Shown in pieces: positions 26,686-37,159 of a DNA stretch of 64,000 bases. Source of the stretch: Tubiluchus corallicola. Its lineage: Eukaryota > Animalia > Priapulida. Within the stretch, counting starts at the first letter, position 1, and each line of letters starts with the position of its first letter. Where the stretch lies: positions 62,001-126,000 of the forward strand of contig JAQGDQ010002385.1 in NCBI GenBank assembly GCA_030141605.1, written 5' to 3'. Both the position numbers and the translations under genes were made by a program. Under the pieces are notes generated by a model. That model was not told the DNA's origin. It was given only the letters and a program-made list of their open reading frames with translations, and ran no database searches.

Positions 26686-27723
26686 ATGAAATTTCTTGAT
26701 CAAGCAAAAATCTACCTTAAAAGTGGCGACGGCGGAAACGGATGCGTTTCCTTCCGGCGTGAAAAATATATCGAATTTGGCGGCCCAAACGGCGGAAATG
26801 GCGGACGAGGATCCGATATATGGTTCGAAAGCATCCCTGGGCTCAATACCTTGATCGATTTCCGATATAAACAGCATTTCAAAGGAAAAAAAGGCACAAA
26901 TGGTATGGGAAAAGATCGCCACGGCGCAAAAGCACCCCCCATCATTATACAAGTGCCCGTTGGAACATGCATCCTGCAAGAAGATAAAAAAACACTCATC
27001 GCCGATATGAATCAGCCAGGAAAACAAACCCTGATCCTCAAAGGAGGAAAAGGAGGAAAAGGAAACGCCTTCTTTAAAACATCCACAAATCAAGCCCCCA
27101 GACGAGCCGATCCAGGAGAAAAGGGCGAAGAGCTATGGGTATGGTTGCGCCTTAAGCTTATCGGTGATGTCGGACTCATCGGGCTTCCAAACGCTGGAAA
27201 GTCAACCTTCCTCTCAGCTGTAACACACGCCCATCCAAAAATCGCCTCCTACCCCTTTACAACTCTTCATCCTAATCTCGGAGTCCTGCACTATCACCAT
27301 AAAGAACTTATTCTCGCCGATATCCCAGGTCTTATAGAAGGCGCCAGCCAAGGCGCAGGGCTTGGAACACGATTTCTAGGGCATATCGAGCGATGCTCAA
27401 CCCTGCTACATCTTATCGACGGATCGCAAGACAATATTGAAAAGGCTTGGAAAATTGTCCGCCATGAACTTCTCTCCTATGGTGAAAATCTACACGAAAA
27501 AGAAGAGATTATCGCTATCAATAAATGCGACCTGCTTAATAATGAGGAAATAAAACATAAACAAAAAACCCTCCAAGATCTCACAGGGAAACCTGTCTAC
27601 CTTCTCTCCGGAGCTACCAGAAGCGGCATCGAAACCATTACACAAGCCTTGTTTCATATGCACGACCAAAAACAACAGGAAATACACCAAAACTCAAAGA
27701 CACAATGGTCTCCCATGCTTTAA
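26686..27723 (+). CDS. obgE: GTPase ObgE/CgtA
   Basis: Gly-rich Obg fold, [16 protein letters not shown]. Confidence 0.97.
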   Translation: MKFLDQAKIYLKSGDGGNGCVSFRREKYIEFGGPNGGNGGRGSDIWFESIPGLNTLIDFRYKQHFKGKKGTNGMGKDRHGAKAPPIIIQVPVGTCILQEDKKTLIADMNQPGKQTLILKGGKGGKGNAFFKTSTNQAPRRADPGEKGEELWVWLRLKLIGDVGLIGLPNAGKSTFLSAVTHAHPKIASYPFTTLHPNLGVLHYHHKELILADIPGLIEGASQGAGLGTRFLGHIERCSTLLHLIDGSQDNIEKAWKIVRHELLSYGENLHEKEEIIAINKCDLLNNEEIKHKQKTLQDLTGKPVYLLSGATRSGIETITQALFHMHDQKQQEIHQNSKTQWSPML

Positions 27724-27739
27724 AAAACAGGAAAATGCC

Positions 27740-28861
27740 ATGACCTTTATCAAGTCCGCAAACCGTATCGTGATAAAAATCGGCTCGGCATTACTCGTCG
27801 ATGACAATAAAAATATCAACCTCCCATGGTTAACTACCTTGGCGGAAGATATTTATACACTCCGTCAACAAAAAAAAGAAGTTATCATCGTCTCTTCCGG
27901 TGCCATAGCCTTGGGGAAAAAAACACTCCAGCTCAGCAAAAATACCGTGCGACTAGAACAGAAACAAGCCGCTGCAGCTATCGGCATGGGAATATTAACA
28001 CACGAATTTCAAAAAATATTTTCTCCCTACAATATCCCCGTCGGGCAACTTCTGCTTACATTGGATGACAGCGAAAACAGACGCCGCTATATCAACGCGC
28101 GAAATACATTCAATACCCTCCTTTCCATGGGAGCCCTCCCTCTCGTTAACGAGAATGACACCGTAACAACAGATGAAATACGATTCGGCGATAACGATCG
28201 GCTAGCCGCCAGAGTCGCCTCCATGGTCAGCGCAGATCTGCTTATTCTCTGTTCGGATATCGACGGACTATACGAAACAGACCCCACTATCAACCCAAAC
28301 GCTCTCCACATCCCCAGCGTAACAAAAATCACGCCGGAAATAGAATCTATGGCGACAGAATCCCCCTCCGACGTAGGAACAGGCGGAATGATCACAAAAC
28401 TCGCCGCCGCAAAAATATGCCTCAATTCAGGAGTTCATATGATCCTCATGTCTGGCCACAAACATCATCCCATAAAAAGACTCCATAGTACGAACGAGAA
28501 AAAAACATGCTTTATCGCAAAATCAACACCACGATCAGCACGAAAAATATGGATCGCAACAACCCTTAAGCCTAACGGCACCATCACTATCGATCAAGGA
28601 GCTTGCAATGCTCTCCAGCAGGGAAAAAGTCTCCTGCCCATCGGTGTCACTGCTATTTCAGGAAATTTCAAACGAGGCGATATGGTCATTATCGTCGATC
28701 AACAAAAAAAAGAAGTCGCTCGTGGACTCATCGCCTATAGCGCACAAGACGCGCAAAAAATCATCGGAAAACACAGTACAGAAGTCTTCACAGTTACAGG
28801 ATATCTCGGGCGAGAAGAAATCATCCATCGCGACGACCTTGTCCATAATACCGCTGAATAA
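27740..28861 (+). CDS. proB: Glutamate 5-kinase
   Basis: KIGSA, NENDTV, GDND, GTGGM.TK; PUA domain. Confidence 0.97.
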   Translation: MTFIKSANRIVIKIGSALLVDDNKNINLPWLTTLAEDIYTLRQQKKEVIIVSSGAIALGKKTLQLSKNTVRLEQKQAAAAIGMGILTHEFQKIFSPYNIPVGQLLLTLDDSENRRRYINARNTFNTLLSMGALPLVNENDTVTTDEIRFGDNDRLAARVASMVSADLLILCSDIDGLYETDPTINPNALHIPSVTKITPEIESMATESPSDVGTGGMITKLAAAKICLNSGVHMILMSGHKHHPIKRLHSTNEKKTCFIAKSTPRSARKIWIATTLKPNGTITIDQGACNALQQGKSLLPIGVTAISGNFKRGDMVIIVDQQKKEVARGLIAYSAQDAQKIIGKHSTEVFTVTGYLGREEIIHRDDLVHNTAE

Positions 28862-28940
28862 CCCTCTTTCACTATAGAAAGAAAATATATATTGGCTTTC
28901 TCCCTGTAATTAACACACGCAAATACCCTAAATAGATCGT

Positions 28941-31112
28941 TTAGGGCCAGAAAGAAATCACCTTGCTATCCTCAATTGCTCTAGCAAAACGTCTATGGCT
29001 ATTTTCTAAAACAGCACCGGGCCAAGAATAATCTCCCGGCTCCTCTGTTCGAATCATATAAACAAAACGATGCTGCGAATCCTCACCATACGGTGCCTTA
29101 AAAGCAGCAAGATAACGCCTATCTGAAAAATCCTCATACGATACAGGAGATATCTTCCCTAACCATCTCTGAGTCTTCAAAGGTAAACTATGCCATAACA
29201 CCTGCTGAATAGCGACACCCGCCGGTAAAGGATGCATAACGATAAATTCAGGCCAGCTGGCCGTTTTTCCGCGCTTCTCTATCTCAACACTCAGCACAAC
29301 AAAATAGGTCTCTCCCAAATTAAGTTGAGCCAGATCCCTAACCTCTCGACCATCCATATTGTAAAGCTGGCTTTTAACAGAAGCCAATTGGCTATCCAGT
29401 GCCCGATCCATAGAAACGCCCGAAATCATATTCTCGAGAGAAAAAGGAGCCTCACCAGTGTTTTGAATCACAATCTCACGCTCCTGCTGAAGATTAAAAT
29501 ACAGCCGATCACCCTCCTGCAAAAGGCGCGACAAAGAATAGCCATTAATAGAAAGTTTGCTATCCGAAATACGTCCCCTTTCCCTTAAAATATTCGGCAA
29601 AGTAACATAAGACAAAAGACGCCAAGACATATGCTGTAATGAATAACGACTCCTGAAAAAATAAATAGGCAATTGATAATCCAAATTAAGCCTTAATGTA
29701 TCAATAAAAGGCTCATATTCCTTCTCTACATAAAAATCATATTCGCCCGGAAAATCCTCGTATAAAACCGACAATACAAATAAACTCATGGATGATCGGA
29801 GAATCTCATCTCCTAAAATAGGATTCTTCGAGGTATGAGGAAGAGCATAAAAAACATCCTGAATCATCGATATCGCTATCCCATGTTCCCCATAATACGC
29901 ATAAGAAGCCGCTAAATATAAATAGCCCACCGAAGAAAAACCCTTAAAGCCAAAATCATACAACTGCTTCATATAATTCAAAAGAGCAATTGAGCCAAAT
30001 CCATAACGCGCCTCGACATATAGCGCGTAGGCTACTGTATCAAGCTCCTCCTGTCGATAATACTCGCTGGAGACAAAAGTCGATAAAAATTCTCTTCCTT
30101 TTTCCAAAACAATAAGAGGAATTTCATAGCCCTCTTTCCTTGCATGCCATAGAAAATCCATCGCATAAACAGAAAACCACGGCTGAAAAGAAAAATAATC
30201 CTCAAAATACCCTTCCCCTTTCTGATGAGCCTCTAGATAATCGATCGTTTGTACAATAATATCGTCCACTTGTTCCTGAGAAGTGGAAAAAAGCCGCCCC
30301 TTCGGCAGCTGAACCCGAGCATCCTTATAAAACAATAAAGGAAACGCACGTCCTACCAAGTGAAAGAGCGACTCCGGACATATCTCACACGACACAAGCT
30401 CCTCATAATGCTTCCGCGCATCAACAAAGGGGCGCATTGAGGTAAGTTGCGCCCGAACTAAAAGATCGTTATTCACAGATAAATTAGGCGCCAGATTTTT
30501 AAAAGTCTCCCCGTCTATCGATAAACGAAAATCACTACTGGAAAAAGAAGGCCGCTCTACTCCTTCAGGATATAATCTAGAGGATGATATATAATTCATC
30601 AACATTCGAGAGAAAAGCACATCAATCGATCGCCGCGTCTCATACAAAATATCTTCTTGGCGACGCAATGTTATATGCAGCTCCCCAGGCTCTCTCGCGG
30701 AAGCCATCAGCAAAACCAAAAACTTCTGTCTCTCTTCCTCCACATTCTCCGAGAAAGCTCCTTCTCCACGCCGAGAGCTTATCTCAACTCCTCCCGATGC
30801 TTCAATATGAAGAGTGACATTCTCTAAAGAAAAATCCTCCCACTGTGAAACATCCGTCTCAATTGTAGCAATCGTATTATCACCCTCTCGCAAAAATAGC
30901 GGCATAGAAACCTTCACCGTAGCAGAATCACGAGACATTCCTAGCTTATCCGCTCCAAGCGCTACTAAATGATTCTGCTTCCAGAATTCTCCTAGAGCGG
31001 AAATTCGCATTTTTCTTTCCGAATCGAATAAAAGAGCATCTGAAAAAATAAACATCAGCATAATAAACAAAAGAAAAAATAGCCTCTGTAAATAACGCAT
31101 ACTTTGAAACAC
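28941..31112 (-). CDS. Divergent, N-terminally truncated bacterial alpha-2-macroglobulin-like protein
   Basis: 'MPLFLREGD', 'WFSVYAMDFLWHARKEGY', 'AYALYV.AR', 'PLPAG', 'DRRYLAAF...YMIR..PG.Y..P.A..E' resemble the A2M C-terminal half. Confidence 0.65.
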   Translation of the reverse strand: MFQSMRYLQRLFFLLFIMLMFIFSDALLFDSERKMRISALGEFWKQNHLVALGADKLGMSRDSATVKVSMPLFLREGDNTIATIETDVSQWEDFSLENVTLHIEASGGVEISSRRGEGAFSENVEEERQKFLVLLMASAREPGELHITLRRQEDILYETRRSIDVLFSRMLMNYISSSRLYPEGVERPSFSSSDFRLSIDGETFKNLAPNLSVNNDLLVRAQLTSMRPFVDARKHYEELVSCEICPESLFHLVGRAFPLLFYKDARVQLPKGRLFSTSQEQVDDIIVQTIDYLEAHQKGEGYFEDYFSFQPWFSVYAMDFLWHARKEGYEIPLIVLEKGREFLSTFVSSEYYRQEELDTVAYALYVEARYGFGSIALLNYMKQLYDFGFKGFSSVGYLYLAASYAYYGEHGIAISMIQDVFYALPHTSKNPILGDEILRSSMSLFVLSVLYEDFPGEYDFYVEKEYEPFIDTLRLNLDYQLPIYFFRSRYSLQHMSWRLLSYVTLPNILRERGRISDSKLSINGYSLSRLLQEGDRLYFNLQQEREIVIQNTGEAPFSLENMISGVSMDRALDSQLASVKSQLYNMDGREVRDLAQLNLGETYFVVLSVEIEKRGKTASWPEFIVMHPLPAGVAIQQVLWHSLPLKTQRWLGKISPVSYEDFSDRRYLAAFKAPYGEDSQHRFVYMIRTEEPGDYSWPGAVLENSHRRFARAIEDSKVISFWP

Positions 31113-31310
31113 CCTCTTTAAAATAAGCTTGATGGAAAATACTCTATTTAATGCTCTTTATTCTCTTGACAAAAGAATCAACACATAATACTTCTTTATA
31201 AATATATATTTCTTACGTTTTTTCGTAAAGTATAATTTTATATTCTATAAAATACCCATCCAAAATCAACCTCCCATAATTCAATAATCTCCTAAAGGAA
31301 ACGTCCATAA

Positions 31311-32489
31311 ATGGCTCATTACGCTCCCTATTTTTATAAAGAAGCGCGCAATGCACGCCTAGCAACATTGGGTGTATTCTTTGTCAATGGAGCATTATGG
31401 GGTAGCTGGGCGCCCTATATCCCCCTCATAAAAGAAAATCTAGCGCTTACAGAAAGTCAATTGGGCCTGTGCCTCCTAGCCATCGGGTTGGGCGCTGTCA
31501 TAGCTATGCCCTTCTGCGGATTCATTATCTCCCGAATCGGGAGCGGATTAACATGCCTTCTCTCCGGAACACCCTGCTTCATCCTATTCCCCTTTCTGAT
31601 CATGGCGCCCAATCCTATCCTCTTTATTATTATCGGCTTTATGCTTGGGGTCTCAAATGGCATTATCGACATCGCCATGAACGCGCAAGCTATCAGCGTC
31701 GAGCGACGCATAAATAAAACGTTCATGTCCTCTTTTCACGGATTCTTTAGCGCAGGACAACTCGCAGGCGCCGGTGTTGGAATCGCTATCTTCCACTTTA
31801 ATATCTCAAAAATAATCCATACCAACATCATCGCTCTAATCTTGATCCTTATCCTGATTATAAGCTTTCCCTTCCTACTAAAGGATGATCGATATCAAGA
31901 AAAAAAAGAAGATGTACCCGCTTTCTCCTTTCCGAAAGGAATCGCACTCCCCCTTGGAATCATCGCTTTTCTCGCCATGATGACAGAAGGCGGCGTGATT
32001 GACTGGAGCGGAGTCTTCATGAAAGAATATCTCAACGCTAATAACGTCACCGTCGCCACCGCCATAGCGGCCTTCTATGGAATGATGACTATCGGAAGAT
32101 TAACCGGTGATTGGATTATAGAAAAAATAAGCGCGCCAAAAACCTTCTTCATCAGCGGAATATGCATCTCAATCAGCCTCGCTCTTGTCTTCTTAACAAA
32201 TCACCAAGCTCTCGCAATATTCGGGTTTGCCTGGGGCGGATTCGGACTCGCTAACATGATTCCCATCATATACAGTACTGCCGGAAAATTACCAGGAATC
32301 AGTCCCGGTCTGGCTCTCTCCATGATCGCAACAACAGGATATTCAGGATTCCTTATCGGCCCTCCCCTACTGGGCTTCATAGCAGAATGGACCAATTTAC
32401 GATTCAGTTTCCTGTTTATGGTACTGGCAATGTTCCTATGCACAACACAAAAAAAACTTATCAAAACTCATTGGATTATAGGGAAATAA
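31311..32489 (+). CDS. MFS transporter
   Basis: Multiple TM segments; DIAMNAQA, MSSFHGFFS, EGGVIDWS, GRLTGD. Confidence 0.9.
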   Translation: MAHYAPYFYKEARNARLATLGVFFVNGALWGSWAPYIPLIKENLALTESQLGLCLLAIGLGAVIAMPFCGFIISRIGSGLTCLLSGTPCFILFPFLIMAPNPILFIIIGFMLGVSNGIIDIAMNAQAISVERRINKTFMSSFHGFFSAGQLAGAGVGIAIFHFNISKIIHTNIIALILILILIISFPFLLKDDRYQEKKEDVPAFSFPKGIALPLGIIAFLAMMTEGGVIDWSGVFMKEYLNANNVTVATAIAAFYGMMTIGRLTGDWIIEKISAPKTFFISGICISISLALVFLTNHQALAIFGFAWGGFGLANMIPIIYSTAGKLPGISPGLALSMIATTGYSGFLIGPPLLGFIAEWTNLRFSFLFMVLAMFLCTTQKKLIKTHWIIGK

Positions 32490-32702
32490 CACAAAAGCCA
32501 CTTCAAAATAAAAAAACATTTTCAACCTATTAATAGGTTCACTATTGAAATTTTTAAATTTATGGCTTAAATTAAAAGGATAACATTAACTCTATATTCA
32601 TAATAATATATATAAATATGCTCAAGTGAACATTATATAATAAAATAAGCAAGCATTTTAACAAATTGTACAATAAACACTCAAATTAAAGGCTGTAAAA
32701 GC

Positions 32703-34295
32703 GTGGATATAATTAGAAATAGGCAAGCACTTCCTGAAGTATATGAAGTTGATAGAGCTCTTCTTAGTGAGTTTCCTCCGATTTTTGAAGAACTTTTTGT
32801 TATTATCGAAGGTGAAGATGATAAATGGCTTTGTATCTCTGAAAAAATTCATCAATCAATCGTTGAGTATGAGATCTTGCGTCTATGCGCTGAAAAAGAT
32901 ATGGAAATCACATCTATCAAAATTATGGACACTGATCTCATCAGCATCGTCTATAAAAATGCTGATAATGAACTTTCCGCCGTATCATACGATACAACCT
33001 ATGTGGAATCACAGGCCGACGAGATTCTTCAAGCGGGCATTGAGCAAGATGCCTCTGATATTCATATTGTCCGTAAAGACAATCTCGCCGAGATCATCTT
33101 CCGATGCCGTGGAGAGCTCACACCCTATAAGGAATATCCTGCCAGCGAAATTGACCGTATTGTCAGCGTGCTCTATAATGTGCTAGCCGACAGCCGCGAA
33201 AGTACATGGAACCGAAATTTCGCCCAAGACGCAAATATTATGCGTATTTTTAAAGGGCAAGTCTATCGCTTCCGTTACGCTCATATGCCTATCTATTCCT
33301 CCTCGGGACTCGCCTACCATATGGTTGTCCGTATTCTCTACACAGGCGGAGGAGGAGGTAGCAAAGGGCAAATTAAAAACCATACAAAAATCCTCCTTAG
33401 CCTTGGGTTTACAGCTCCACAAGTCGAACTTCTGAAAATTATTTCCTCCAACCCAAGTGGGCTTTTTATTGTCGCGGGAACAACAGGTTCCGGTAAAACA
33501 ACTTCCATTAAATGCATCCTAGAATGGCTCTATACAGAACAGCATGAAGGAGGCGTTACTATCCTTACTGTGGAAGATCCTGTCGAGCTCGGAATTGAAG
33601 GGGCGATTCAAAGCTCCGTAGTCCGACAAAAATCTTCCTCGCCAGGCTTTAATCCCTTCGCCGCAGCCATTAACTCCGCTATGCGACGCGATCCCGATAT
33701 CCTGATGGTCGGTGAGGTGCGAGATCCACTCTCCGCAAACCAGCTCGTCGCCGCAACAGAAAGTGGACACTTCGCCGTTACAACACTCCACGCCGCAAGC
33801 GTTCTCGGCATTGTACAGCGTCTTGAATCACTTGGTGTCCCCAGAGACAGACTCAGCTCCCCAGACTTCTTTGCTGGAATGATGTACCAGAAATTGATCA
33901 AAACTGTCTGTAGAGAGTGCGCTTACAACCTTAAAGAAGCCGCCCTAAAAAATTACATCAATAAAGAACAGCTTGAACGTATTTGTGAAATCTATGGAGA
34001 TGATATAGAGAATATTCTCGTACGAAATCCAGAAGGATGTCCAAAATGTGATCATTCTGGCTCCTCAGGTCGACAAGTCTGCGCTGAAATTCTGCGGCCT
34101 GATAATAAAATGCTCAGCTTTTTCCAAGCTGGAAACTTCGTCGGCGCCGCTGAATATCTCCATGATTTGCAAAAAACATGCCCATGGGGCGTGCAAGGTT
34201 ACACCGCAAAAGATCACGTCCTAAAACTTGTAAAAGAAGGTGTCGTCTGTCCAAAACAGGCAGAATCAACCTTTGGGCGTTTAAACATAGAATAA
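32703..34295 (+). CDS. Type IV pilus/T2SS assembly ATPase (PilQ/GspE-like)
   Basis: ASDIH, GTTGSGKT, EDPVE, RRDPD..GEVRD, CREC/CPKC. Confidence 0.88.
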   Translation: MDIIRNRQALPEVYEVDRALLSEFPPIFEELFVIIEGEDDKWLCISEKIHQSIVEYEILRLCAEKDMEITSIKIMDTDLISIVYKNADNELSAVSYDTTYVESQADEILQAGIEQDASDIHIVRKDNLAEIIFRCRGELTPYKEYPASEIDRIVSVLYNVLADSRESTWNRNFAQDANIMRIFKGQVYRFRYAHMPIYSSSGLAYHMVVRILYTGGGGGSKGQIKNHTKILLSLGFTAPQVELLKIISSNPSGLFIVAGTTGSGKTTSIKCILEWLYTEQHEGGVTILTVEDPVELGIEGAIQSSVVRQKSSSPGFNPFAAAINSAMRRDPDILMVGEVRDPLSANQLVAATESGHFAVTTLHAASVLGIVQRLESLGVPRDRLSSPDFFAGMMYQKLIKTVCRECAYNLKEAALKNYINKEQLERICEIYGDDIENILVRNPEGCPKCDHSGSSGRQVCAEILRPDNKMLSFFQAGNFVGAAEYLHDLQKTCPWGVQGYTAKDHVLKLVKEGVVCPKQAESTFGRLNIE

Positions 34296-34376
34296 CACTA
34301 TATTAACTTTTGAGACCTTATACTGTTTTAAAAATTAAGATTTTCCTCGATAAACACGCTTAAAGGACATCGTACT

Positions 34377-35399
34377 ATGCCATATTTTCCCCTTAATGAC
34401 CGCCTTGAGTTTTATGAACGTATGGAAGCCCTTTGTAGAGATAACATTCCTGTTTACGATGCCTTTTCAAAGCTTCAAATTGCCGCCATCAAGGCAAAAA
34501 AACCTGGACATGCTAAGCGCTATAAGACATGGGCAAACAAAATGCGCGAAGTCTCTAGTATTGAGGCTGCTTTAAAAGGATGGATTCCCGACATTGATCT
34601 CGCAATGCTAGGCGCCGCGGAAAAAACAGGCCAGCTAGAAGTCGGTTTCGAAAAGCTCGTCATTACAAATAACGCTATTCGACAGGTTAGAGCAAAACTC
34701 ATGGGGGCACTTGTCGGTCCCAGTGTTCTCCTCGTAGCCTGCCTTGGTGTGATGGCTCTCTATACCTTCAAGGTGTTTCCAGAATTTGAAAAAGTGCTCG
34801 ATTCAAGCAGATGGCCCACGCTTTCTTCCTCATTCTATACATCCGGTCAATTTATTTTCAGCCAAGACGGTGCTATGACGTTGGGTGGAATCGCAGGGAC
34901 TTTCTTCGTCGCCTATTTAACAACCGGTATAATTACAGGACCGATTCGGGATTATTTGCTTGATTATATCCCACCCTATAATCTCTATAAAATGTTTGCA
35001 GCTCCTACATTCCTCATTACATTTTCATCCCTGCTAAGCTCAGGAATTCCCTTTGTGGAAGCACTGAGATTCCTCCAAACCGTCTCAGGAAAATGGATGT
35101 CAAACCATATGACGCGAATGATCGATAAACAGAGGGCAGGACTCAGTTACGCGGAAACAATGGAAACAGGACTGCTGGATAATGAAGTACTCGGAACCAT
35201 TATTGTTTATGGTGATCTCTCCTCCTTTGAGGAAGCTCTCGAAAAAATGGCCATGCAAGCCCTTGTAAGCGTGAACAAAAAAATTGATGGCGTCAGTAAA
35301 ATGCTCAATATTATCGCTCTCCTAGCAATTGCAGGGCAGATCGTATGGGCTTATCTTGGAATTTTTGGCTTGGTCGAAACCATAACAGGTGGAATGTAA
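34377..35399 (+). CDS. Type IV pilus inner-membrane platform (GspF/PilR-like)
   Basis: AAEKTGQL, LLSSGIP..EAL; TM segments; follows the ATPase. Confidence 0.8.
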   Translation: MPYFPLNDRLEFYERMEALCRDNIPVYDAFSKLQIAAIKAKKPGHAKRYKTWANKMREVSSIEAALKGWIPDIDLAMLGAAEKTGQLEVGFEKLVITNNAIRQVRAKLMGALVGPSVLLVACLGVMALYTFKVFPEFEKVLDSSRWPTLSSSFYTSGQFIFSQDGAMTLGGIAGTFFVAYLTTGIITGPIRDYLLDYIPPYNLYKMFAAPTFLITFSSLLSSGIPFVEALRFLQTVSGKWMSNHMTRMIDKQRAGLSYAETMETGLLDNEVLGTIIVYGDLSSFEEALEKMAMQALVSVNKKIDGVSKMLNIIALLAIAGQIVWAYLGIFGLVETITGGM

Positions 35400-35438
35400 A
35401 ACTAAAGAAGGTAAAATTAAGAAAAAAGATAAAAAACT

Positions 35439-36314
35439 ATGGCCATTTTTCAAACAGTAATCACTTTTTTTGAGGCATCTCCTTTTTCTTTTTATCTTTT
35501 TTCTTTTCTTTTCGGCTCTCTCGTCGGCAGCTTCCTAAATGTCATTATCTACAGACTCCCTATCATGCTGGAAAAACAATGGCAAAAAGACGCCCATGAA
35601 ATCCTTGATATCAAACCTCCTTATAAAATGAGAAAAGAAAAACCCTTTAACCTTATAACAACGCGATCTCATTGCCCCCAGTGTAAACATCCCCTCGGAT
35701 TTTTCGAGCTTATTCCCATCTTCGGATGGCTCCTTGTTAAGGGGCATTGCAAGCATTGCAATGTGAAAATATCCCCAAGATACCCCCTCATTGAGCTCTT
35801 TACCGCTCTTTTTACAGCCATAATCACCATAAAATTCGGCTTCTCCATGACAAGCTTCTTTGTCTGTCTCTTCATATGGGGAAGTATCGCCCTCTTATGG
35901 ATCGATCTAGATACATTCCTCCTCCCTGATCATATTACACTCCCGCTTATCTGGCTAGGGCTGCTTGTCAGCCTGACACCCTATGGTCTCATCACACCCC
36001 AACATGCCATCATCGGCGCCGTACTGGGATATATCATGTTGTGGACCTTGTTCCATATCATGAAAATAATCACCAAACGAGAAGGTATGGGGTATGGCGA
36101 TTTTAAACTCATGGCCGCATTCGGCGCATGGTTTGGGTTTTTTCCCCTTGGATGGATCATGATCCTCTCTTCTCTAATCGCGCTTCCCTTCTCCCTGCGA
36201 GCACAACAGAAAAATGACAAAAGCAACGCAACCCCTATCGCATTTGGACCTGCGCTCATTGTCGCCGCCTGGGGAATTCTCCTTTTTCAAAACATGTTGC
36301 CAGCTCTCTATTAA
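35439..36314 (+). CDS. pilD: Prepilin peptidase/N-methyltransferase
   Basis: GSFLNV.IYRLP, two CxxC, ID...LLPD, GMGYGDFKL, FGP. Confidence 0.93.
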   Translation: MAIFQTVITFFEASPFSFYLFSFLFGSLVGSFLNVIIYRLPIMLEKQWQKDAHEILDIKPPYKMRKEKPFNLITTRSHCPQCKHPLGFFELIPIFGWLLVKGHCKHCNVKISPRYPLIELFTALFTAIITIKFGFSMTSFFVCLFIWGSIALLWIDLDTFLLPDHITLPLIWLGLLVSLTPYGLITPQHAIIGAVLGYIMLWTLFHIMKIITKREGMGYGDFKLMAAFGAWFGFFPLGWIMILSSLIALPFSLRAQQKNDKSNATPIAFGPALIVAAWGILLFQNMLPALY

Positions 36315-36416
36315 CTCCTCCCTCTCTATTATCTTCCTTCTTGTATTTAAACGCGAATATAAGTATTATTTTAAACAGCAGTTTACTTACCCATTACTAA
36401 ATAGAAGGCTCTTTTT

Positions 36417-37127
36417 ATGGACAATAAAACAAATGTCGCTATTCCATTTTCCCCCGTATTACTCGCAAGCCTCATAACACAACCCCTTCCCTTAAGCTTG
36501 CTTCAACCCCTCTTAAATCGCGCGATCTCCCGTGTCCATAAAAAACACCCCAATCTTTTTGAGCGACTGAAATGCCTGCGTAATCCATGTTTTCTTATTG
36601 ATCCTGTCGATCTTCATTTTTTCTTTCTTCTCACGCCAACCCCTCAACACCCAACCCTAAAAGCTCTCCCTAGGAAAACATTGGAAACAACTCTCCAAAA
36701 CGAAACAATAACCGCAACCCTCCAAGGATCATTGATAACCTTCATAAAACTCCTTGAGGGAAAAGAAGATGGCGATGCCCTCTTCTTCTCGCGAAACTTG
36801 TCCGTAACAGGCGATACAGAAGCTGTCGTCGCTCTCAGAAACGCCATCGACGGGGAAGATATCACCCTTTTAAACGACTGCTTTCCTCCTTCTACAACCC
36901 TCACAAAATTAATCAGACGATTCCAATGGCTCCCTCTTTCCCTCTTTCAAAAAATAAACCATGATATGCAACAGGTGCAAAGTGCTCTCCTTTCTCCCAT
37001 AGAGTCACGCCTACATCAGCAAGAACAAGCACTCAATACTATACAAAAAAAACAACATACAGAAAAAAAACACGCTCCCTCTTCTACCCGCCAACGTAAA
37101 ATGATAAGAGCCAAACATCATCCATAA
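36417..37127 (+). CDS. ubiT: SCP2-domain ubiquinone accessory factor
   Basis: DGDALFFSR.L.VTGDTEAVVALRNA; adjacent to ubiUV. Confidence 0.88.
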   Translation: MDNKTNVAIPFSPVLLASLITQPLPLSLLQPLLNRAISRVHKKHPNLFERLKCLRNPCFLIDPVDLHFFFLLTPTPQHPTLKALPRKTLETTLQNETITATLQGSLITFIKLLEGKEDGDALFFSRNLSVTGDTEAVVALRNAIDGEDITLLNDCFPPSTTLTKLIRRFQWLPLSLFQKINHDMQQVQSALLSPIESRLHQQEQALNTIQKKQHTEKKHAPSSTRQRKMIRAKHHP

Positions 37128-37159
37128 TCAATCAAAGCACCAAGAAAGAACACCATCCC

